From Polyangiaceae bacterium (GTDB taxonomy: Bacteria > Myxococcota_A > Polyangia > Polyangiales > Polyangiaceae): a DNA stretch of 64,000 nt. The stretch spans positions 192,001 to 256,000 of the forward strand of contig JANRKO010000006.1 in the NCBI GenBank assembly GCA_033763455.1, written 5' to 3'. A model generated the notes under the pieces. The model made no database searches, had not been told where the DNA came from, and saw only the letters and a list, made by a program, of their open reading frames with translations. Both the position numbers and the translations under genes were made by a program. Every line of letters begins with the position of its first letter. Position 1 is the first letter of the stretch. Positions 1-8,466 of the stretch are shown here, one piece after another.

Positions 1-1
1 C

Positions 2-2380
2 CGAATCATCCGCCGGCACCTCCAGGGCGCTTGAGGTGCGAGCAAATAGGGCAATCGTGATGGGCGGGCTGTAGTTATCGCCATGGCCGTAGGTCAAAAA
101 GACGTGTTTGGCGTCAGCGGGCGTTTCGGGTTTGGCGAGCAGGGGCCCGAAATTCAACGGATCCGCCGGATCGATCCAATGCTGAAGAAGTGTCAGCACC
201 GGGTGCGTGGTGCCCATGGGGAGGCCGGGCGAAGCGAAATTTAGCTTGTGTCCCAGCACTACGGGAAGCGCCGCCGCAAGATTCACGGGCTTCGTCTTGT
301 TGAGCAATGCGTGCATCAGGCTCGCGCCGTTTCCTGAAAGCACTCCCGCCTTGAATTCTTTGGAGAAAGGCAACGCCAAGCTACCATGGGTGGAGCCTTG
401 TGAGTGCCCAAAGAGCACAATCTTGTCTTTGTTCACCTTGAGTGGGGTACTCGTCACCGTACCGTCAAGGGCTGCGGCAAAGCGCCCTACCGAGAGCAGA
501 TCTGCCGCCCCCTGCATTGGGTTGCCGCGTGCCGCGCCGGGGTTGGCGAAGTTGAAGAACAGATTGTCGGGCGACTCTGTAGAAGCTCCACGGCGTGGTC
601 CGTGTTGTGGCAGATCGATTCCGAGAACAGCAAAACCGACGTTATTGGCGCCAATTGCGACGCTTGAAAGCGCGCCGTTTACTTCTGGCCGAATGAAGCT
701 CCTAAAGGAACCGCCGGTGCCGTGACCAAAAACCACCAAGGGCCAGCCATCTGCAGGCGCAGTGCCTTTAGGGATAGTAACGGCCATACACACGTCTTCT
801 GTGCGCACGCGCGTGAGCGAAATGTCTCCTCCGTCGGCGGGCGTAAGATACGGGGCCGTTCCCTTCTGGAAGATCGGGAGTGTTACCAGAGCGTGGTATT
901 CGTCGAACGTGTCATTTGGAGCGCCACATCCTCGGCCCCCGTCGTGCTGGGGGCAGGGAGATACAGTATTCGCCTCACACTTCACCCACGCACCCTTTAC
1001 GGTTGGCACCGGATCCGCGTAAACGGCGTCCGCCAAACTCTTCATGCTAGTTGCTGGTGTGCCGACCGTGTAAACGGTCGCGTTATAGACGTCTTTGGTC
1101 GCCACGTTGGCGGTCTTTAGCGCGGCGCGAAAGGCTGCGTACTTCGGGTACGCCGCGGCCAGCGCAGCATCTGCGGGAGCGGTGTCTGACAAGAGGGCGT
1201 CGAGGTGTGCTGAGCGTTCAATCGTGGCACCGCCTTTGGCCTTGGGTGGAGTGGCGCCATCCTTGCCGGTTAGGTACACCGCGTAGGAATGTCCGGGAGT
1301 GAGGGGGTAATCCCCACCGATTCGCACGGTATAGGCGTTGTGGCAGACGTACTCATTCTTGTTCGGATCGACGCCGTAAACCAAGCCTGGGTACCCGCCA
1401 TTCGGGTCAGTGAGATCCATGATGTGTGGGACGATGGAATTGAAGTCCACCTGGCCAGAAAATCTGAACATGATTGTTGAAGCGCCGCTCCAGGTTCCCT
1501 CTGTAGCTTGCAAGGCATCCACATAGATCTTTACCGGATCAAAGCCGAGGAGTGCGCTGCCCGGTGTCGGAAAGCCAGATAGATCCAATTTGCCATCTTT
1601 TACGCGAATATCGTTGGGGAAGGGGAGGCGAAAGAAGTCCCCTTCTTGACCCTTAGGAGCCGTGGCGCCTGGCACTTCGAAGTATGCGCGCGCAGTATCC
1701 GGCGAAGGATCTTCGCACGTAACGCCCGGCGTTCCTTCAAGCGGAAACGGCACAGGACCAGCTGGTGCACATTTACCGCCGTTACAGGTTAAACCAGAAA
1801 GACAATCGGTCGCAGTAGTGCAATCACCACCGACGTCCTTGGTGCCTTCGGCCACGCACTGCGCTGAAAATCCTTTGAGTGCACAGCGCAACCCCGCACC
1901 GCATTCGAGGTCCACCTTGCAACCTTCACCCAACGCCCCGGTTCCGGTGGCCACGCAAGTGGGAGCGGTGAGGGGGTTTTGCAAAGCCGCGGCAAGTGGC
2001 ACAGAGCAGCGCAGGCCATCGGCGCACTCGCCACTCGTGAGACAAGGCTGGCCTTCGACCGTGGACTTGCCGGCCTCACACGTGCTAGTGGCATTGCAAG
2101 CCAACCCATTCCGACACACGTCCGTCGCACTGCAAGGTTGGCCGAGGCCTGCGCCCTTGGGGATGCTAACGCCGCCCCCGGAACCCAGATTCGATCCTCC
2201 GCCAAGGCCCGTATTGCCCGCGCCTGCCGCTGCGTTTGGGCCGTAATCCACCGGGAGACCGGTTGCGCAATCCAGCCCGTCTTCGGTGACGCACTGGTTC
2301 TTCGTCTTGTTACAAGCGGCAGCTATTCCGAGCCCACCAACAACAGCTACCGTAAGTAGCTTCCACGGCCTTTTTATCAT
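2..2380 (-). CDS. Lipoprotein with Cys-rich repeats and C-terminal alpha/beta-hydrolase (lipase-like) domain; 3' end runs off the window
   Basis: Translated by hand from ATG at 2380: MIKRPWKLLTVAVVGGLGIAAAC (lipobox), four GxxC-x5-C-xx-GLxC repeats, PFPNDIR, WPLVVFGHGTGG, IDLPQHGPR and the nucleophile motif GHSQG (395-409). The frame stays open to the window edge. It is absent from the ORF track, probably because there is no stop codon in the window. Confidence 0.85.
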   Translation of the reverse strand, partial: MIKRPWKLLTVAVVGGLGIAAACNKTKNQCVTEDGLDCATGLPVDYGPNAAAGAGNTGLGGGSNLGSGGGVSIPKGAGLGQPCSATDVCRNGLACNATSTCEAGKSTVEGQPCLTSGECADGLRCSVPLAAALQNPLTAPTCVATGTGALGEGCKVDLECGAGLRCALKGFSAQCVAEGTKDVGGDCTTATDCLSGLTCNGGKCAPAGPVPFPLEGTPGVTCEDPSPDTARAYFEVPGATAPKGQEGDFFRLPFPNDIRVKDGKLDLSGFPTPGSALLGFDPVKIYVDALQATEGTWSGASTIMFRFSGQVDFNSIVPHIMDLTDPNGGYPGLVYGVDPNKNEYVCHNAYTVRIGGDYPLTPGHSYAVYLTGKDGATPPKAKGGATIERSAHLDALLSDTAPADAALAAAYPKYAAFRAALKTANVATKDVYNATVYTVGTPATSMKSLADAVYADPVPTVKGAWVKCEANTVSPCPQHDGGRGCGAPNDTFDEYHALVTLPIFQKGTAPYLTPADGGDISLTRVRTEDVCMAVTIPKGTAPADGWPLVVFGHGTGGSFRSFIRPEVNGALSSVAIGANNVGFAVLGIDLPQHGPRRGASTESPDNLFFNFANPGAARGNPMQGAADLLSVGRFAAALDGTVTSTPLKVNKDKIVLFGHSQGSTHGSLALPFSKEFKAGVLSGNGASLMHALLNKTKPVNLAAALPVVLGHKLNFASPGLPMGTTHPVLTLLQHWIDPADPLNFGPLLAKPETPADAKHVFLTYGHGDNYSPPITIALFARTSSALEVPADDS

Positions 2381-2587
2381 GGGATTCCCTCTTTCGAGCA
2401 GACGTCAAAGTAAAAGAAGCGGCGAAGCGTAACCTGCTCGGCGCGCTCAGCTCAAGGGCTTGGATTTTCGGCCCTAAGCTGGGCACCCGCGTAGGCTAAG
2501 ATGCGGCCCAGAGGTGCAGCGTGGGGGGAATTTTGAGACGCCGAACTCCACCCTTCAACGGCAGCTGTGATAGAGAGTCAAAACCTT

Positions 2588-3991
2588 ATGTGGCGCCCAA
2601 AAATCCTTTCTTTTCACCTGTATTGGGCCATGCCCGCAGTTCTGGCCTGTTGGCTCCTGCCCCCCGTGAGCGCCCAAGCTGAATCTGCAGAAGATGTAGC
2701 TACGGCGCGCCGAACGGCCACCGAAGGTATACGCCTCTTTCAGCAGGGGGACTTTGCGGGCGCCCTTGAACGCATGGAGCGAGCCCAAGCTCTCTACGAC
2801 GTCCCCGTGCATCGGCTGTTCATCGCTCGTGCCCAAGTCAAGCTTAACCGCTGGGTAGAAGGTGCGGAAACCTACCGGAAGCTTTCACGCCTTGAGCTCG
2901 ACGCCAAAGCTCCCAAAGAGTTCGTGAGCGCGATAGAAAGCGCCAAAACGGAGCTTGCCGAGCTGGAACCAAAGATACCAACGTTACGGGTTGTTGTGAA
3001 ACCTGAAACGGCGAAGGGTATCACCGTTACGCTGGATGGGCGTGAGCTTCCAGCCGCAGCGGTGGGTATCGAGCGGCCGAGCGATCCGGGCAAACATACT
3101 CTTGTGGCGCGCGGAGTGGGCGCTGAGGCTCAGGAGCGCAGCGTGACTCTTGCGGCAGCCAGCAAAGAAGAAGAGGTGTTCACTTTTGCGGCGGCTAGTA
3201 CGGGCGCGGCCTCGGTGAGCGAAAAGGGCGCGAAAACCGCTGTGGGGGAGGCGAAAACGAAGCCGGAGGATAAAGCGAAGGCGGGGAGTAAAGCGGCTGC
3301 GCCCGAGAAGAAGAAGCCGTTTCAGTTGGAGTTTATGGCGGGGTTGAGGTTGGGGTTATCGGCGCCGAACGGGGACTCTGTGGCAACCGTCGGAGTGAAC
3401 GAGAAGAAAAACTTATCGATGGGCGAGCTAGCTGGCACAGGTGGAGGGTTGGAGCTTCGGGGAGGCGTTAGGTTTCATCCGAACTTGACCGGCGTCTTGT
3501 ATTTTGACGCAAGCACAGTCCCAGGGGGCACTTGGAATCCCTACCCCACGAAGGTAGTAACGGAGGACGTGAAGTTCAGCCGGTCGGCATCCTGGACGAA
3601 CTTCGGTCTCGGTGTTGTCGCCAGTATGGACCCGAAGGAGCTGGGTGTATTTGGCGAGGTGGATCTCGTCCTCGCGAGTTCGCTGACGGCCAAACACACG
3701 TTTACGTCACCGGACGTTTGCAAGGGTGACGTAAACACTTTCACTTTGTCGGGATCCGCTCTGCGATTGGGTGGCGGGCTTAACATCCCGACGAAGATTA
3801 TCGGCACGCTAACGCCCCTGTTAACGGCAACCGTGGGCAAATTCGGGACGGCCAAGCCCGTTCTTGGGTGTGGTGAAAAAATCAGAGGGGTGGGGATGGA
3901 AGAAAGGGCTAACCCCACAGTCAACGGCTCCAAGTTGCACAGCCTGGTGTTCCTGGGCATTGGGTCAGAGCTCCATTTCGGCGGCAACTAA
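2588..3991 (+). CDS. Secreted TPR/PEGA-type protein with probable C-terminal beta-rich (outer-membrane barrel-like) domain
   Basis: Signal peptide ending VSAQA; myxobacterial TPR-like N-terminus (GIRLFQQGDFAGAL...); PEGA-like segment (VTLDG...DPGKHTLVARG); K/A linker; amphipathic strands ending ELHFGGN. Start uncertain (2567/2588/2630). Confidence 0.65.
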   Translation: MWRPKILSFHLYWAMPAVLACWLLPPVSAQAESAEDVATARRTATEGIRLFQQGDFAGALERMERAQALYDVPVHRLFIARAQVKLNRWVEGAETYRKLSRLELDAKAPKEFVSAIESAKTELAELEPKIPTLRVVVKPETAKGITVTLDGRELPAAAVGIERPSDPGKHTLVARGVGAEAQERSVTLAAASKEEEVFTFAAASTGAASVSEKGAKTAVGEAKTKPEDKAKAGSKAAAPEKKKPFQLEFMAGLRLGLSAPNGDSVATVGVNEKKNLSMGELAGTGGGLELRGGVRFHPNLTGVLYFDASTVPGGTWNPYPTKVVTEDVKFSRSASWTNFGLGVVASMDPKELGVFGEVDLVLASSLTAKHTFTSPDVCKGDVNTFTLSGSALRLGGGLNIPTKIIGTLTPLLTATVGKFGTAKPVLGCGEKIRGVGMEERANPTVNGSKLHSLVFLGIGSELHFGGN

Positions 3992-4024
3992 AGCCCCAAC
4001 CTCGAACGTCCGTAAGGTGACTCG

Positions 4025-4906
4025 ATGGCTTCCCCTTCCGAACCCCGCGTAACTCCTGCATTGGCCACGATCCTCGTGTCCTGCGCGGACAAGCGCGGAA
4101 TCGTGGCTGGCCTAGCCCAAACGCTGGCTGGCCACGGCGCCAACATCTTAGATTCGGATCAGCACACCGATCGCTTGGAGAGGCAGTTCTTTCAGCGCAT
4201 CCGCTTCGATGTTTCGGACATTCACACGGATAGGCTCACGCTGGAGCGAGCGATTGCGGAAGTGGCGCAACGCTTCGAGATGAATTACCTCATCGAATAC
4301 GCCGACCGAAAAAAGCGGGTCGCGTTGTTCGTCTCCAAGTACGACCACTGCTTGCATGATCTGTTGCTGCGTCACCAAGCCGGTGAGCTCGATTGCGAGT
4401 TGGCACTGATCGTTAGCAACCATGGCGATCTGCGCAAGGTGGCGGAGCAATACACGGTCCCGTTTTTCGAGTATCCCGTCACTGCTGATACCCGTCGCAC
4501 CCAAGAGCAAGCCGAGCTTTTGCTTCTCAAGGAACACAAGATCGATCTGGTGGTCCTAGCGCGCTACATGCAGATCCTCTCGGACACGTTTGTGGCGGAG
4601 TTGCCACACCGGATCATTAACATCCATCACTCATTTTTACCCGCGTTTGTTGGGGGTAAGCCCTACCATCAAGCCAAAGAACGAGGTGTGAAGCTCATCG
4701 GAGCAACAGCCCACTACGCCACGGCGACGCTCGATGAAGGCCCCATCATCGAGCAGGATGTGGTGCGTTGTTCCCACAAGGATTCAATTGAGGATCTGGT
4801 GCGCAAAGGGCGTGATCTTGAAAAAGTGGTGCTGGCACGTGCGGTGCGCTGGCACTTGGAAGATCGTGTGCTCACTTACGGCAATAAGACAGTTGTATTT
4901 GACTGA
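4025..4906 (+). CDS. purU: Formyltetrahydrofolate deformylase
   Basis: ACT domain (CADKRGIVA), VSKYDHCL, LARYMQILS, INIHHSFLPAFVG, RGVKLIGATAHY, LDEGPIIEQD. Confidence 0.97.
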   Translation: MASPSEPRVTPALATILVSCADKRGIVAGLAQTLAGHGANILDSDQHTDRLERQFFQRIRFDVSDIHTDRLTLERAIAEVAQRFEMNYLIEYADRKKRVALFVSKYDHCLHDLLLRHQAGELDCELALIVSNHGDLRKVAEQYTVPFFEYPVTADTRRTQEQAELLLLKEHKIDLVVLARYMQILSDTFVAELPHRIINIHHSFLPAFVGGKPYHQAKERGVKLIGATAHYATATLDEGPIIEQDVVRCSHKDSIEDLVRKGRDLEKVVLARAVRWHLEDRVLTYGNKTVVFD

Positions 4907-4911
4907 ACCAG

Positions 4912-4935
4912 CGCCGAACGGGCTATTGTTCGGCG
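4912..4935. terminator. Hairpin between convergent genes (possible terminator)
   Basis: CGCCGAAC/GTTCGGCG 8-bp stem just after the purU stop; no U-tract. Confidence 0.35.
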
Positions 4936-4963
4936 TCGCCGCCTGGGACACGAGCGCACAACG

Positions 4964-5422
4964 CTACATTGTCTCGCAATTTGCCGCCCCCCAGTAGCTC
5001 AAGCGGAAAGTGTTGGTGCTCGTCTTCACCTCAAAGGTGTCCCTTTGCCCCGATTGCAAGAACTCGAGCGTGTAAGTTTTCTCCGCAAGTACGGTAGGCC
5101 CATCCATTACCCGACTGGTCAACGACTTTCCGTCAGTGATGTTATCGACATTCAGACCGCCGCCGCCGCCTTCAGCGGAAGGATTCTTGCCGAAACTGGC
5201 TTGGGGACCGCCCAGCTGCTGGTCCGGCCGCAATACTTCTTGGCACCCCATGATTGCCTCTTGAAACGCGGTGCCATCCCATTCTTCCAAGAGGAAATGT
5301 GCCGCAGCTACTGGGACGTTCTGTTCCTGCTCACTCTTGCCGGCGCAGGCCGTGATGCAAACCACGACGACTACGAATAAGGGGACTAGAGATTTTCGAA
5401 GCCCGGACAACATGAACTGCAT
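4964..5422 (-). CDS. Putative lipoprotein, unknown function
   Basis: Hydrophobic leader with lipobox ITAC; start at 5422 or 5413 (track start 5455). Confidence 0.7.
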   Translation of the reverse strand: MQFMLSGLRKSLVPLFVVVVVCITACAGKSEQEQNVPVAAAHFLLEEWDGTAFQEAIMGCQEVLRPDQQLGGPQASFGKNPSAEGGGGGLNVDNITDGKSLTSRVMDGPTVLAEKTYTLEFLQSGQRDTFEVKTSTNTFRLSYWGAANCETM

Positions 5423-5877
5423 GGTTCGCCTTCTTTGGTTGTTTGGACCTGACATTCGCAGTACGAATAGCCGTCCAGCGAGCAGGCGCAGTGGCCGTCC
5501 TGACAGAACGATCCCCAGTGGCGCTGGTCAATATCCTGACAGCTGGCCTCGCACGCACCGGGACCAGCGGTTGACTGGGAGAGTGGCCCGCAGGTAACTG
5601 CTAGCCCCAACGTGCTGCAACCCGGAACTTCGGGTCGCAGCAGGCCGGGCTTGCCGCCTACTGAGTTGGCCGTTGGCATGGCGCCCGCACCGCCGATCAT
5701 CATGCCTACCCCGCGGGGCAGGGATGACGGGGCAGCGACTGAGTGTGATCCGCCTCCTCCAATTGGCGAGCCGGAAGGGGGATTGCCGATCGTCTGTGTT
5801 TCAACTGCACGACCGCCGCAGGCTGCTGAAAGGAGGCAGCCTGCGGCTAGAAACCGCCTGAGGTCGCGAGCATACAT
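5386..5877 (-). CDS. Putative Gly-rich lipoprotein with Cys-rich C-terminus
   Basis: Lipobox SAAC-GG; Gly/Pro linker; Cys-rich tail (CEASC...FCQDGHCACSLDGYSYCEC...CSSCC). Confidence 0.65.
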   Translation of the reverse strand: MYARDLRRFLAAGCLLSAACGGRAVETQTIGNPPSGSPIGGGGSHSVAAPSSLPRGVGMMIGGAGAMPTANSVGGKPGLLRPEVPGCSTLGLAVTCGPLSQSTAGPGACEASCQDIDQRHWGSFCQDGHCACSLDGYSYCECQVQTTKEGEPCSSCCPGFENL

Positions 5878-5911
5878 CTGATTCGGCGCACCGGTCAGTG
5901 GATGAGGCGTT

Positions 5912-6781
5912 TCATCTATGGCCCAAACTGCACCAGTGGTACGAATCTCCGCTTGCCTGATCTACGTAGGAGCGTGCGTTCCAGTCAGCAAACCAGGCGA
6001 TACGATTTGTGAGATACCAATCTGCCCTCGACCAATACCCGTTCGGGACAAAAGTGTCTAAAAACGTCGATCCATCACTGGAATTCCTGAAGTGAATCGA
6101 TCCACCCCCATATACCGATACAGTGGAATAGGCGCTCTTTACTGTCCTCTTCCAGTTCCCGTCTCCCGTCACCCACATCCACGTGAAATCAAATTCATTT
6201 GACCAACCCGAGAACGTCTTGTAACAGAAAGTGCAATTAAACCACTGATCGTACGAGGGGTTGGGCGAGGTGCAATCGTAATACAGAAGTTGTTGCTCTA
6301 TTTTCCCTGTCCCAGATGAGCCACTTGCGGAAGGTAGCGTGCTCGGCGCGGAAACAGCCTCGGCACCCGCTGTGCTTGTGGGTACGCGTGTCATTCCGTC
6401 CGAATCAAGCGCTACCAGCTCCGCCGGCGCATCGGCGTGAGCCAGCTCCTTGTACAGCTCCACGGCTGAGAGCTGACGTTCTCTGAGCTCGCGGCTTATC
6501 AGCGGGGTGGACCCATTACGGCCGGTCTCCTGGACCAAAATCTGCCCACCCACATTATAAAAGCCAACAGTGGCGCCATCGCGTGCCACCTGGGCCACGG
6601 GCACGGCGAGCTCCCCCTTTTCATTCCTAACGACCGGCTCGGTCGGCTCCGCTCCCGCGCCTATTCCCGGGCTCCCGTCCGTCCCCGGCGCCGTCTCGTC
6701 CACAGCGCCGCACCCAACAAAACTTAGGCCGCATCCCATCATCACGGCACAACTCGATAAAAACTGCTTGATGTGTTTCAT
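5912..6781 (-). CDS. Putative lipoprotein with pro-region-like N-half and aromatic-rich C-terminal domain
   Basis: GGAGG RBS upstream; lipobox FVGC; S/T/G linker ending KIEQQL; W/Y/F-rich C-terminal domain of about 124 aa. Confidence 0.8.
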   Translation of the reverse strand: MKHIKQFLSSCAVMMGCGLSFVGCGAVDETAPGTDGSPGIGAGAEPTEPVVRNEKGELAVPVAQVARDGATVGFYNVGGQILVQETGRNGSTPLISRELRERQLSAVELYKELAHADAPAELVALDSDGMTRVPTSTAGAEAVSAPSTLPSASGSSGTGKIEQQLLYYDCTSPNPSYDQWFNCTFCYKTFSGWSNEFDFTWMWVTGDGNWKRTVKSAYSTVSVYGGGSIHFRNSSDGSTFLDTFVPNGYWSRADWYLTNRIAWFADWNARSYVDQASGDSYHWCSLGHR

Positions 6782-6854
6782 TTCACTAGCCTCCCTTAGT
6801 CGTTTTTGCCTTCAGTTCTGCGAGTATCCTGCGGCGCTAAGCGTCAACCCTTGC

Positions 6855-8084
6855 CTAAGGCAAACACCGCAGCACTTCATCGGCGCTTGCCACGAGCAGC
6901 GTGCAATCCCCTAGATTTCTGACCTCCCGACGCACGTTATTGGCGACGATTTGGACCGCTAGCCTACAGCCTAGCTGAGGCAAGAAAGTGGTCCAGTTTG
7001 GTGACGGAGCCGTGTCGCTCAGCTTGGCTTCAACCGGGAGCCACGGGGTGTCATCGCGCGTCACCAAGAAATCAAGCTCTTTGCCGTCGCGATTTCTCAG
7101 ATAGCAAAGCTCGAACTTCCCGTGCCCCGTGTCGGACCAGTAGTGGCAAGCTTTCAAAAGGTGCGCCGCAACTAGGTTCTCGAAGCGTGCGCCAGGGTCC
7201 TTCAACTCGCCATATTCCCAGAGGTAAGTCTTGGACTCTTTCTTCAGCGATCGGGAAATGCGCTTGGCGAAGGGCTTGAGTTCAAAAGTATAAAAGAGCT
7301 CCCTCAGGTTCAGCAGCCAGCGTTGCACGGACTCGTGCGTTACTTCCAGTATTTCGCGAAGGCCATTCACGCTTGTTGGGGAGCCTACGCGCTCAGGCAA
7401 GAGTGAGGCGAGTGTCTCGACGCGGCTCACATCCACCACATGGGTAAGGTCCCGCAAGTCCTCCCGCATCACCAGTTCTCGGCGGCTGTCTTGCCAGATG
7501 CGAACGCGGCGTTCGTTCTGACTCAAAAAAGGCTCCGGAAATGGGCCGTAACGCAGAAGCCCCTGAAAGGCCTCATGGGCGGTACCGCGCGCCGGGCGTG
7601 CGTCTTCGAAGATTTCCGCCAACGCGCTTTCGGGTTCGGGAGGGTGACGACGCACCAACTCGCCCACACTGAACGGGTGGAGGCGCACAGAATATTGACG
7701 CCCTAGCAGACTATCACCACCTCGTCGGTACACGGCGAGGCGAGCACTGCCTGTCACCAATAGGTCCACACGCCGCTCCTGTGTATCGAAAATTCCTTTT
7801 AACGTTCGCTTCCACAAACGATCTTTGTGGATCTCATCCAGCACCACGAGTGGAACTTGAGCTTTTGGAGTGGGGAGAATATCGACGAGGGACTGCGGAT
7901 TCTTGCTCCACACGCGCCTAAACTCCGCCTGGTCCCAGTTGTAGTAGGCGCCTGCCTTTCGCTCGCGCAAAAGAGCCTTGCTGAAAGTGGTTTTCCCACA
8001 CTGGCGGGGACCAGAAAGCAGCACCATCTTCTGGGAATCAAACCCGAGCTCTTGTACCGCATGGGCCAGGTAGCGCTTCTTCAC
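6855..8084 (-). CDS. AAA_14 ATPase with C-terminal DUF4143 / PD-(D/E)xK-like domain
   Basis: Walker A GPRQCGKTT, Walker B VVLDEIHK, LVTGSA, LHPFS, FENLVA, ELDFLV...PVEAK. Confidence 0.88.
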   Translation of the reverse strand: MKKRYLAHAVQELGFDSQKMVLLSGPRQCGKTTFSKALLRERKAGAYYNWDQAEFRRVWSKNPQSLVDILPTPKAQVPLVVLDEIHKDRLWKRTLKGIFDTQERRVDLLVTGSARLAVYRRGGDSLLGRQYSVRLHPFSVGELVRRHPPEPESALAEIFEDARPARGTAHEAFQGLLRYGPFPEPFLSQNERRVRIWQDSRRELVMREDLRDLTHVVDVSRVETLASLLPERVGSPTSVNGLREILEVTHESVQRWLLNLRELFYTFELKPFAKRISRSLKKESKTYLWEYGELKDPGARFENLVAAHLLKACHYWSDTGHGKFELCYLRNRDGKELDFLVTRDDTPWLPVEAKLSDTAPSPNWTTFLPQLGCRLAVQIVANNVRREVRNLGDCTLLVASADEVLRCLP

Positions 8085-8133
8085 GCCCCCGAACTTAGCA
8101 GAACCCGGTCATCTCCGCAGGTTTTTCGTTAGT

Positions 8134-8205
8134 CGAAATCGGCCAAATTACGATGGACCCGAATCCTGCCGAAATCGGCCAAATTACGATGGACCCGAAT
8201 CCTGC
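8134..8205. repeat. Perfect 36-bp tandem duplication (2 copies)
   Basis: CGAAATCGGCCAAATTACGATGGACCCGAATCCTGC at 8134-8169 and 8170-8205. Confidence 0.95.
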
Positions 8206-8251
8206 CGATCAGTGCGTCGGTCCAAGGCGTGGGCCCTCTTCGTTGGCACAA

Positions 8252-8273
8252 GAGGTACTTAGCATGACAAGTA
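8252..8273 (+). repeat. Dispersed dyad element, copy A
   Basis: GAGGTACTTAGCATGACAAGTA; its exact reverse complement lies at 57791-57812. Confidence 0.85.
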
Positions 8274-8341
8274 CTTCTGGCTCAGGGGAAGCGAGCATAC
8301 GCCGCTCATTGGGAAGTTCGGAATGTGAAGCCCTGCTCAGC

Positions 8342-8379
8342 TCTCCCCCACCAGAGCAACGCGACTGGTAAGGGGGAGA
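8342..8379. terminator. GC-rich hairpin downstream of prfC (terminator or REP-like)
   Basis: TCTCCCCC-ACCAG ... CTGGT-AA-GGGGGAGA stem. Confidence 0.5.
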
Positions 8380-8466
8380 ACGCCGAGCGCTCCGCGCGCG
8401 AGGCGAGCGGGGGCGCCGACTAACCCAAAAAAGCGCAACAACTGGGAAAACCGCGAATCCTGCCGA

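Noticed and set aside
207..2359. Plus-strand ORFs in the first 2.4 kb
   Set aside because: Antisense shadows of the long minus-strand lipase-like gene.
8134..8208. 36-bp repeat as a CRISPR array
   Set aside because: Only two abutting copies, no spacer, and no cas genes in the window.
8243..8260. Sigma54 promoter TTGGCAC-N5-GTAC
   Set aside because: The -12 element has AC instead of the near-invariant GC, and there is no credible plus-strand gene downstream.
8153..8371. 72-aa ORF across the repeats, and the 57708-57908 ORF sharing EVLSMTS
   Set aside because: No RBS; the shared peptide simply reflects the shared DNA element.
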